This document shows positions 1 through 8,735 of a DNA stretch of 10,924 nt, piece after piece. The position numbers and the translations under genes are program-made. Origin of the DNA: Octopus sinensis (lineage: Eukaryota); NCBI RefSeq assembly GCF_006345805.1, contig NW_021827267.1, positions 1-10,924 on the forward strand, written 5' to 3'. Under the pieces are notes generated by a model that was given only the letters and a program-made list of their open reading frames with translations, was not told the DNA's origin and made no database searches. The number at the start of each line of letters is the position of its first letter. Positions within the stretch are counted from its first letter, which is position 1.

Positions 1-54
1 TATCTGTATAATTGATATTTGATTTAGATGTATTTCTCCATTTTCTTATCTCTG

Positions 55-82
55 TATATATATATATTATATATATATATTA

Positions 83-118
<36 letters not shown>
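55..118. repeat. (TA)n microsatellite, imperfect
   Basis: Direct reading of the sequence. Confidence 0.95.
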
Positions 119-120
<2 letters not shown>

Positions 121-835
121 GATAAGCAATGCCCTTTACCTTTTTACCCTTTTTTGTACTCATTGAACCGTTATTTTGTAAAATGAAGCCTAAAAGGCAT
201 TAAGGCATTCAAGGCACCGTTCCCTTGCATGCATGAAGAAGTAGGGAAAATCTGTGAACTTTCAAAAAATATCGCAGAAAAATCGGTTTGCTATGTGTGC
301 CACATATGATGTAATTAACCGATTTTTTCCAGTAATAACGTATCCTATCGGAATTAAAAGGGCCATATAGCTCAGACATGATGCTCGCTGTGAATTTCAA
401 AAAAATTCCTGCCAATATTTTTAATTTGTTAAAGATATTGTCGAAAATATGTCATCTTGAATTTGAACGCGATTTCCCAAAATGGCATGATTTTATCGAT
501 TTTTTTCTGATGGTAAGGTATTGCATGGAAAACTAACGACAGAATTTTCCTTAGGATAACATTAAGCTTCACCATGAGTTTGGTGAAAATCGATTGCATG
601 TTGCGAAAACTACAACGGAAAATGTGTTGCATATGATAAGCTTAGATTCTAGACCCCATGTCGAATTTATCGATCTTTTTCAGAACTGGGGGAACTTTTC
701 AAAATTTTCGCTGCATTAGTTTTGAATTAGACATTGAGCTATGTGTGTGTCAAGTTTCATCAGAATCGGTTGAAAGCCATGGGTCAGGGTGAGGTACACC
801 TGACAGACACACAGACAGACAACTTGCCTTTAATG
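121..835 (+). mobile_element. Probable non-autonomous Helitron/Helentron-type (DINE-1/Lep1-like) element
   Basis: The 3' part reads gtcaagtttcatcagaatcggttg ... acagacacacagacagac ... gcctttaat followed by a TA-rich tail. This layout (AAATTTCA..ATCGG motif, short ACAG repeat, CTTT-TATA end) is characteristic of DINE-1/Lep1-like elements. A related motif recurs at ~576-599 (gagtttggtgaaaatcgattg). No coding capacity. Family assignment is by recalled pattern only and the boundaries are approximate. Confidence 0.45.
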
Positions 836-879
836 TGTATATATCTATATATAATAATATAATATATTATATATATATA

Positions 880-1041
880 TTTTGCTTGTCTTGTTCCTTG
901 GTTTTGTCTATGTTTTTCGTCTCTCTATGTGTTCGACGTCTTTTTGGAGTCCTGTACACATATATCGTGTATATGTACATGTAGAGGTAGTACGTACATA
1001 TATGTTTATATATATGCATATGTTCTATTTTATTAACATAT
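880..1041 (+). repeat. Direct repeat copy 1 (~165 bp; partner at 1728-1891)
   Basis: tgcttgtcttgttccttgg...gttcgacgtctttttggagtcctgtacaca...gtagaggtag...taacata occurs with the core starting at 883 and again at 1731 (period 848). The copies differ mainly by 1-nt indels. Confidence 0.95.
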
Positions 1042-1727
1042 TATACGACTAAACGCACGCACCCTATTAAGTAAGATTGTTCTGTTTTTCAAGTTAGCCT
1101 TGATATTAACTCTCACGCGACTCTGCATCTTTCTTTCTTTCTCTCCTCCCATTCCCTTTTTCGTCTTTTTTTTCCTCACTTAACTTGTCTTTCCTCTCTC
1201 TCTCATTCTTCATTCTCTCTCTCCCTTTCACCATTCTTCATGGTCTCCTCGCACCATTCCCCTTCTTCTCTCTCTTCTCCTCCTCCCCCATTCCCGTCGT
1301 CCATCTGCGACGATACTTCCGTCGTAACTGCTATCTGTCTTTTCTCGCCCGCCTTCTAGGCTACTGGTCGACATTTTTTTCTCTCTCGTCGTCCACTATA
1401 ATCCAGCGTTGCAATACTTTTTTCGTCTGGCGTTAACAGCCCTTCTTTATCTGTTCTCCTTGTCCTGTCTCTCACTGTTTTATATATTTATTTTTCCACT
1501 GTTATATATATATTTTTTACTGTTTATATGTTGTACTGTCGTTACCGTCTTGCTTTTTTTACCCCTCTGCGAAAAGATCTCAGAATTTTAATTGATTTGC
1601 TTTTCGCAGGAAGGAAGTTTTCTTCGAAGTATAGACGTCTCGCTTTTATCTTCGAAACGTTTAGTAGATGAAACCTTAGCGACTGAAGAAGGGGATTTTC
1701 GTTGTGCTTATTGTCCTGTATCTCTTT

Positions 1728-1885
1728 TTTTGCTTGTCTTGTTCCTTGGTTTGTGTCTATGTTTTTCGTCTCTCTATGTGTTCGACGTCTTTTTGGAGTC
1801 CTGTACACATATATGCGTGGTATATGTACATGTAGAGGTAGGTACGTACATATATGTTTATATATAGCATATATTCTATTTTATA

Positions 1886-1891
<6 letters not shown>
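1728..1891 (+). repeat. Direct repeat copy 2
   Basis: Aligns end to end with 880-1041. Confidence 0.95.

Positions 1892-1892
<1 letters not shown>

Positions 1893-1936
<44 letters not shown>
1893..1936. repeat. (TA)n microsatellite
   Basis: Direct reading. Confidence 0.95.
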
Positions 1937-1939
<3 letters not shown>

Positions 1940-1985
1940 TATATGAGTATAGAACGTCACCAACTGTAAACAAGATGAAATACGA

Positions 1986-2030
1986 AAAAATCTGACCTGG
2001 TGCCAAATTTGAAACTAATATTACATAATA
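1986..2030 (+). mobile_element. Possible 3'-tail fragment of an octopus-type SINE
   Basis: cctggtgccaaatttgaaactaatatt resembles a recalled abundant octopus SINE end (ccttgtgccaaaatttgaaaccaatatt). The match is short and from memory, not verified. Confidence 0.3.
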
Positions 2031-2034
2031 TGGT

Positions 2035-2037
<3 letters not shown>

Positions 2038-2082
<45 letters not shown>
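2038..2082. repeat. (GA)n microsatellite
   Basis: Direct reading. Confidence 0.95.
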
Positions 2083-2212
2083 TACAAGTTATTTAAGAAA
2101 ACATTGGTAGGGAATTTCTTACTAGAACCATCAATCTATATAGTTTTATTATAGTAAAGAGGTTTTTCGTACACGAAGAAAACGAACGAAACTTTCCTGA
2201 TTTCAGTTTTCA

Positions 2213-2242
2213 AACACACACACATACACACTATCACTCTCC

Positions 2243-2278
<36 letters not shown>

Positions 2279-2327
2279 CCCCCCTCTCTCTCCTCTTTCT
2301 CTCTCTTCTCTCACACACACACACACA
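2213..2327. repeat. Compound (CA)n-(CT)n-(CA)n microsatellite
   Basis: Direct reading; the CT tract spans ~2237-2312. Confidence 0.9.
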
Positions 2328-2428
2328 ACTCCCTCCTCATCACATGAAAGCGCTTATATGTTTCAAGTCAAACGTAATGTTTCCTTTTCGAAATTTACAT
2401 ACTAATGCAGATGTATATATAATATATA

Positions 2429-2459
<31 letters not shown>

Positions 2460-2726
2460 CTGCATCTATTTTTATTAATGTATATACTTTTAACTTTATG
2501 CAACACTGTATTCTTAATTTTTAATGAATTCATTATGTTTTAAATATGATAAATTTCTCTGTAAGTCCTTCCCTAAAGATATTCTGACTTGTAGTAATAA
2601 CTAAATTGATTTAGATAAATTAAATCAAATTTTGGTGGATTTTATTCTGCAAGTGATGATTGAAACAATTGTGGGGTCTTGTCAATGTATTAATAAACTT
2701 TTATTAATCTTCTCTCTTGGTCTTTA

Positions 2727-2780
2727 TAATAATAAAATAATAATAATAATAATAATCAATAATAATAATAATAATAATAA
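2727..2780. repeat. (AAT)n microsatellite
   Basis: Direct reading. Confidence 0.9.
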
Positions 2781-2789
2781 TATAATATA

Positions 2790-2816
2790 CATACACATAT
2801 ACATTACAGACATACG

Positions 2817-2868
<52 letters not shown>

Positions 2869-3289
2869 TACGTATATACATATTCATATATACATGTAGA
2901 CATACGTGTATGTATATATATATATTAATATAAATATATACGTATGTCTGAATGTGTGTCTGTATAGTCTGTATATATATATATATATATATATATCTAT
3001 ATATGTGTGTGTGGTGTGTGTTTTGTGTGTGTGTGTGTGGTGCATGCATGTAAGACGCACGTACATATGTATGTATATATGTATGTATGTATGCATGTGT
3101 GAATGTGTACGTATAATACTTCACAATGCATCATGTCTCCATTTTCATGTGTCGTTTCCTGGATAGGTCTGAATATATTATTTTGAATTACATACGTATA
3201 CACTTATACATACATACTTATATACGTACATAAATACATACAAACATACATATGCTGATATATCCGTACACACGAGCATACAGAACAAT

Positions 3290-3341
<52 letters not shown>

Positions 3342-3418
3342 ATATATATATATACGTAGACTATAGCTTAAATATATATATATATATAATATATATATAT
3401 ATATACGTAGACTCTAGC

Positions 3419-3453
<35 letters not shown>
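2790..3453. repeat. Compound low-complexity tract of (TA)n, (TG)n, (TACA)n and (CA)n
   Basis: Direct reading; it explains the YIYIYI and THTH ORFs in the track. Confidence 0.9.
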
Positions 3454-3456
<3 letters not shown>

Positions 3457-3790
3457 AAAATGGAGAAAACCATTAGTTGGTTTACCAACTTTAGAATATT
3501 AGAAGTTGTCTTATCTAATTAACAAAACTACAACCATAATAACATACATAGGTACAGTATAAATTTCAATACATTTAAGATAAAAATACAAGTACTTATT
3601 AAAAAAATAATATAAATTGTTAGAATCATTAAAACCACTTACAGCTGTTTCAGCCTATGGAAAAAAGTAATTTTTTGTGCCTATACTTGTCAATTATATT
3701 GAGGTTGCAGTCAGTTAAAAATGGGGTATTTATATATATCCATAGGCCTCGTCAGAGATTATAAAGTACTTTCGAAATATAAATATATAC
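3452..3790 (-). mobile_element. Possible Penelope-like pseudo-LTR or retrozyme remnant carrying the hammerhead
   Basis: An AT-rich unique block bounded by microsatellite DNA. It holds the hammerhead, a TATATAAATA box in loop II, and a hairpin agttggt-tt-accaact (3475-3490). No PLE RT or GIY-YIG ORF is in the window, and the boundaries are inferred. Confidence 0.45.
3635..3760 (-). ncRNA. Type I hammerhead ribozyme (minimal, Penelope-like-element type)
   Basis: Minus strand, 5' to 3': CUGACGA core (3755-3749); stem II GGCCUAUGGA (3748-3739) paired with UCCAUAGGCU (3661-3652), 10 bp with a G10.1-U11.1 wobble and a 77-nt loop; GAAA (3651-3648); stem III inside the self-complementary octamer ACAGCUGU (3648-3641); GUA cleavage triplet (3642-3640). 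Stem I has only 2 clear pairs (CU 3757-3756 with AG 3639-3638). Confidence 0.8.
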
Positions 3791-4031
3791 ATGAAACAGG
3801 ATACACGTACAATTTAATAGACATATAAATATAAATATATATCCATATATACATACATATATATATATATACATAAGCAAAATATATACACCTATACATG
3901 TACATAAATACATAAATAGGCACAATTAAACATACGTACAAGCTTATAGACAATAAATCATATACATATATATACATATATACTGGAATATACATATACA
4001 TCCATATTCATGAATACACATATAATATTTA

Positions 4032-4056
4032 ATTATTACTATCATCATCATCATCA

Positions 4057-4126
<70 letters not shown>
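4032..4126. repeat. (CAT)n-(TAT)n microsatellite
   Basis: Direct reading; source of the poly-H/poly-Y and poly-I/poly-M ORFs. Confidence 0.95.
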
Positions 4127-4128
<2 letters not shown>

Positions 4129-4149
4129 TTTTATGTATTCGTTTCATTA

Positions 4150-4420
4150 TCATGCAAACGTCGAAGTTATCCAATCCATCAGTCGTAGTAGTTCTGGTGG
4201 ATATTTATTTTCCTTCTCACAGATCCTACACCCTCCTATCTTCTCGGCAATTTGCTTGGTAAGGCCTGGCCACCAAACATTGTCACGCACCAGTGCTCGG
4301 CATTTGACAATACCTTGGTGTCCTTCATGTAGACGATCCAAGATGTCTTTTTGGAGGTCTGCTGAGATGATGAGTCGGCCCTGATACAGTGAGAGTACCT
4401 GATAAACTGTTAGGTACTTG
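4150..4420 (-). pseudogene. pol: Integrase N-terminal HHCC zinc-binding domain; catalytic DDE core missing
   Basis: LHEGHQGIVKCRALVRDNVWWPGL...GCRIC (4329-4219). Homology ends shortly after, just before the (TAT)n tract. Confidence 0.9.
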
Positions 4421-4639
4421 CGTACAAACCGGTAAGCTCTCAATTCCGGATTTTGTGTGGCTGCTTCAGGCCAGTGGTCCATCTTGTTGAAATTGATAAC
4501 TTGACCACAGATTTTATCAGTGCTTTGTTTCTGCCTGATTTTCTCCAGTCGTTTGTCACTCACGGAGATGTTCTCTATGATAGAACGGACGAATATGTCT
4601 GTCTCTGTCTCCTGCTGGAACTCTTGTTTCGGTGGTACG

Positions 4640-5010
4640 CTGCCAGAAGCCCTGGATAGGGTGCCTGCTGTAATGAGATTCTTCCCTGCGGTGTTGGTGA
4701 TCTTGTAGGTGTATCTCATTAAGGGCATGCGGAAATGCTGGATTCTTGGAGTCAACCCATCGCGTTTAGTCTTTAGCAGTGGTAGTAGCGGCTTGTGATC
4801 TGTTTCTGTCAAGAACTTTGGTAGTCCTATCAAGAAGTCAGCAAACGTCTTACAACACCGCTGCTAATGCTTCCTTCGCAATCTGGGCATATCTCTGCCC
4901 TGTCCCAGTGAGTGATATCGATGCTTAGAATACATGTCTCCAGCTATCTCCTTCCTTCTGAAGAAGCACTCCACCCAAGCCAAAAAACGATGCATCTGCT
5001 GAGACCCTTG
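4640..5010 (-). pseudogene. pol: Gypsy RNase H
   Basis: RVSADASFFGLGGVLLQ (ADAS 4999-4988), RYAQIAKEALA, TETDHKPL, PRIQHF, AGTLSR. In-frame TAA at 4927-4925 and a frameshift near 4855. Confidence 0.9.
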
Positions 5011-5049
5011 TTGGTTTGTCAGCACTATAATGCATCAGTACTGGTGTAG

Positions 5050-5800
5050 AGCTCAGTTTTTCTGTCAGAGTCCGAAACATTGTTTCTTGAGACTGGTCCC
5101 ATGTCCAAGTAATTTCTTTTTTTTTTTAGTATCCTGAAGTGGTTTAATGTCTCTGCTAAATTCTCAGCGAATTTGCCAACATGATTTACCATACCGAGCA
5201 ACCTTCTTAGCTCAGATACATTTTGTGGTCTGGTCAATTCCTTTATTGCTTTTACTTTTCCAGGATCTACTTGGATTCCTTCTTTGGATATTATATGACC
5301 CATAAATTTCACATCACTAGCACAGAATAAACACATTTCATTTAGTGTTACCCCTGCTGCTTTCATTCTTTGTAGTACATTTTGTACCCTCTGGTCGTGC
5401 TCTTGTGTTTTTCCACTGATGACCCCTGGTATTCCTGACACAATCTGTGGAAAATTTCTGGTTCATAGCATATTCCGAAAGGTAACAGTAAATAATAGAA
5501 ACACGCATACGGTGTGATGAAAGTGGTAAGTTCCTGTGAGTCTTCTTGCAGAACTTGGCTCCTTCAAGTTCAGCAACATGTTGATCAGTTGAAGGAAGTG
5601 GAAAATTTTCCTTTTTCACACTTTCGTTTACTTTAGTGTAGTCGACACAAACTCTGGCTCTTCCATCTTTTTTGGGACCGCTACAATGGGAGCACACCAG
5701 TCTTTCGGGGACTTCACTGGACGGATAATTTTCTCTTTTTCCAATCGCTTTAACTCTTTCTGAACTTTCTTCTTCATGGGAAGTGGTAGTGGTCCGGGGT
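5050..5800 (-). pseudogene. pol: Gypsy reverse transcriptase, catalytic motifs deleted
   Basis: Pieced across frames: IIRPVKSPKDWCAPIVAVPKKDGRARVCVDYTKVN, ELTTFITPY..LPFGI..PEIFHR, VKFMGHIISKEGIQVDPGKVKAI, ELRRLLGMVN. The expected LD..GFWQ and xxDD motifs are absent. Confidence 0.92.
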
Positions 5801-5959
5801 CGCCGATTGAGAAAGGTTGAGTTGTTTCATCCAAGTGAATTTTGTATACATGCCTCAATTTCCTTAGGCTTGTAAACACACTGGAGAAGTCTTTTTTGTA
5901 TTGAAGAGTTTCACTTTTCATCACATTGATTTTACTTAATAGATTGAGAGCTTTGATTA

Positions 5960-6313
5960 CTGGTCCACCTAATAATGGTTCAGCTAAGTCTTGTACAACG
6001 TACAGTTCCTGTTGCGACGTTGCTTTCCCATAACTCAATGTGGGATCTACGCGTCCAAGTACTTTATTTTGTGTTGACCTGGTCCATATAACCTTTTGTT
6101 TATAGGTTTTATTTTTATTATTGTAGAATTCTTCCTGAAGAACTGGTCAGGTAGTACTGTCACATCTGCGCCAGAATCCAGTCTAAATTCGACAATTATG
6201 CTGCAGACTTTCGTGGTGACTTCTATTTTTGCTTGCAATTCTATCTTATTGTCTTCACAAATTGCATTTATATTTTCCGAAGAAACATAACCTAAGAAAT
6301 TATGTCCTTCTTC
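5960..6313 (-). pseudogene. pol: Retropepsin-type aspartic protease
   Basis: FRLDSGADVTV (DSG at 6178-6170). A 1-nt frameshift near 6063 restores KVLGRVDPTLSYGK...ELYVV...PLLG. Confidence 0.9.
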
Positions 6314-6430
6314 TTAAACTCCCCTAACTCTTGAAAAATTCCTGCAAACAGTTGCGTAGTGTCCTATTTTCGAACACCCTCTGCATCTTGTTGCACTTTC
6401 TCTTAGGCATCTTTTTATGTTGATACCCTT
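6314..6430 (-). pseudogene. gag: gag C-terminus with CCHC zinc knuckle
   Basis: CRGCSKIGHYATVC (6385-6344) is a perfect CX2CX4HX4C. An in-frame TAA follows at 6316-6314, then ...FLGYV leads into the protease. Confidence 0.88.
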
Positions 6431-6649
6431 TTTTATTATTTGGTCCTGTGACACGGTTTCATTGTGGATCTGTTATTATTGATTTATAAGCAATTCATAT
6501 CTATGTATACGAGTGTCTTCAGAGCCTTGGTTCAAAAGACAGAGGAAATTCCATATAAAAGAACTGCCAGATTTGTTATAGATCTTAGATTATATTATAT
6601 TATAATGTAAATAAATCGCTAGAATGTCAATTGTATTTCTCTATTTAAT

Positions 6650-6806
<157 letters not shown>

Positions 6807-6861
6807 GCAATAATAAATCTCTGAGCGAGGTATAAACAGTAGCTGCACGACAATGTGAAGT

Positions 6862-7028
6862 ACATTTGACACTTAAATGTGGCTAACCACTAAGGGTGGA
6901 TGCTACAGCAGCTTGTAGCCCCAGGAGAACATCTTCTCCGGCTGGCTATTGACACACTTTCTGTGTCCTATCAGTATTTGCAAAGGGAAGCCATCCTTCC
7001 CATCGTCGACCTGACGTGATACGCACGT
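6862..7028 (+). other. Hairpin-dense segment directly upstream of the RTE RT; candidate RTE 5' leader
   Basis: Seven consecutive stems: acattt/aaatgt (6862-6880), ccac/gtgg (6887-6899), gctaca/tgtagc (6902-6919), ggagaa/ttctcc (6924-6939), gacaca/tgtgtc (6951-6967), gggaag/cttccc (6985-7001), acgtg/cacgt (7014-7028). The stems are seen directly; the leader identity is inferred. Confidence 0.55.
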
Positions 7029-8318
7029 ACCTGAGGATCATCAAATCTTTCCATGATGATATGCAAGACACCATACAGCACAATGGTTTAACATCAACCG
7101 CCCTCCAAATAAAAAACGGGGTAAAGCAAGGTTGTGCCCTTACCCCTACATTATTTGGCATCTCCTTCTCACTGCTGCTGTCACATGCCTTTCAGACATC
7201 AGATGATGGAGTGTTTCTGCACAGTAGAAGTGACGGGAAACTGTTCAATCTCTCGTGTCTGCGTGTCAAGACCAAAATCAGAAGCGTCCTGATCGAGGAG
7301 GTGCTATTTGCTAATGATGCCGCTCTGTTATCACACACAGAAGAAGCCCTACAAAGGCTCATCAACTGTTTTGAGGAAGCATGTAGCGACTTTGGCTTAG
7401 TTATCAGCCTCAAGAAGACCAATATCATGGGTCAGGCTACATCGGACATCCCAAACATACATATTGGAGACTACAGACTTCAGGAGGTGGAGAAGTTTAC
7501 CTATCTTACCTCTACCGTCACCTACAACCTATCCCTTGATGCTGAGCTCAATATACGCATTGGCAAGGCAGCTGCTGTGATGGCCCAACTCTCCAAACGG
7601 GCATGGGACGACAATAAGCTGACCAAGACCACAAACATGAAGATTTACCAGGCATGTGTACTTAGCACTCTACTGTATGGAAGTGAGACTTGGACGCCAT
7701 ACACACGCCAAGAGCGTGAATATCTTTCACCTGCTCTGCCTCCGGGAAATTCTTCGCATCAAATGGCAGAATCATGTCCGCAACAAAGATGTCCTCATGC
7801 AAGCAGGAATATCAAGCATGTTTGCACTCCTCACACAAAGACGTATGACATGGCTTGGACATGTTAGCCGTATGGAATATGACAGAATCCTCAAGGACAT
7901 ATTCTACGGAGAGCTTGCTAGGGGCACTAGGTCTGTGGGAAGACCGTTCTTACGATATAAGGATGTTTGCAAAAGGTACATGAATGCCTGCAACATCAAT
8001 ATTACCAACTGGGAAGCAGTTGCCAGCAACCGTGGAGATTGGCGATGTACCGTAAAAGAGGGAACACAACGAGTGATATATAGAGAGAGGAGAAATGGAA
8101 AGACAAGAAAAGACGTCAACAAGAAAGTATGACATTACAACCAGCCAGGCAAAGTCTTCGCTACATTTGCGGCACGTACTAAAGGGAGTATTTGTCCAGG
8201 ATAGGACTACACAGCCACAGCAGGAGATGTATTAGGACATGAAATGTAAAAGCCGGACTAGATTATTTTATGCGCAACTCCATTGTCTCCCGAGACAAAA
8301 AGGATGCCAGCAACAATA
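7016..8318 (+). mobile_element. RTE-clade non-LTR retrotransposon (LINE), RT to 3' end, inactive
   Basis: IKSFHDDM, GVKQGCALTPTLFGI, RSDGKLFNL, LFANDAAL (7307-7318; FADD changed to FAND), FGLVISLKKT, FTYL, ACVLSTLLYGSETW. After a frameshift near 7715: WLGHVSRM, FYGEL, GRPFLRYKDVCK. Degenerate C-terminal SRIGLHSHSRRC (8195-8230). 3' end reads ttgtctcccgagacaaaaaggatgccagcaacaata. No endonuclease domain. Confidence 0.93.
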
Positions 8319-8391
8319 TACATGGATTTCGTAGACAGGAACTGAAACAAATCAATCGTATATATATGTATCTATATATGTAAGTGTATGT

Positions 8392-8535
8392 GTGTGTCTT
8401 TGTCTCTGTGTTTCGCCCTCATCACTGCTTCACAACTGCTGTTCATTTATTTACATCCACAAAACTTACTGGTTTCACAAGAACAAACTAATACAATAAG
8501 TACCAGGCTTATCAACATAAAAAAGCATTAGGCTG
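8392..8535 (+). mobile_element. Degenerate octopus-type SINE body fragment
   Basis: gtgtgtctttgtctctgtgttt...gcttcacaac...tttacatcc..aacttac.ggtt...aataagtaccaggctt is collinear with a recalled abundant octopus SINE consensus (gtgtgtctttgtgtctgtgtttg...tttacgtccccgtaacttagcggttcgg...aataagtaccaggctt). Recalled, not searched. Confidence 0.5.
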
Positions 8536-8635
8536 TCTCATATTTATTGTTTACCCAATCAGTTGTATCTATCAATTTATCTTTGTATGTGTGTGGTGTG
8601 TGTGTGTGTGTATCTATCTATCTATCTGTCTACAT

Positions 8636-8648
8636 ATATATGTATATG

Positions 8649-8728
<80 letters not shown>

Positions 8729-8735
8729 ATATATA
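8636..8735. repeat. (TA)n microsatellite
   Basis: Direct reading. Confidence 0.95.

Larger units (their letters stand above)
4150..6470 (-). mobile_element. Decayed Ty3/Gypsy LTR-retrotransposon internal region (Mag / K02A2.6-like), truncated at both ends
   Basis: Domain order gag CCHC - protease - RT - RNase H - integrase (Gypsy order), with gag and protease in the same frame. Multiple frameshifts, stops and microdeletions. No LTR found. Confidence 0.93.

Noticed and set aside
757-763. CUGAUGA on the minus strand (also at ~10353-10359)
   Set aside because: No stem II followed by GAAA, and no stem III with an NUH site; not hammerheads.
880-1891. TRIM or mini-LTR interpretation of the direct repeats (TG...CA present near the ends)
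   Set aside because: Homology extends past the TG/CA, and no PBS, polypurine tract or target-site duplication is found in either orientation.
1757-4384. Many 60-125-aa ORFs rich in YI, TH, RE, poly-I, poly-Y or poly-N (also 6645-6872 and 10528-10841)
   Set aside because: They are translations of stop-free microsatellites with no domain signal.
6314-6316. In-frame TAA between the gag knuckle and the protease as a programmed read-through site
   Set aside because: The element has many other stops and frameshifts, and Mag-type elements usually have a single gag-pol ORF. A CAA/GAA-to-TAA mutation is simpler.
6480-6640. Possible Gypsy 5' LTR and PBS (TGGCAG on the minus strand at 6569-6564)
   Set aside because: No adjacent CA LTR end, no matching repeat near 4150, and too close to the gag C-terminus to be the true PBS.
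6878-6975. HDV-like or twister ribozyme fit for the RTE leader (ccggct-gg, ggc-UAA motifs)
   Set aside because: I could not assign P1/P1.1/P2 for an HDV fold or the L4 U-NNN-AA-GC and T1 pairing for twister on either strand. Kept only as an unassigned structured segment.
7002-7016. IVDLT read as RT domain 3 (FIDLTKAFD) of the RTE
   Set aside because: It is out of frame with the downstream RT, lacks KAFD, and lies between two hairpins, so it may be coincidental. Not used as evidence.
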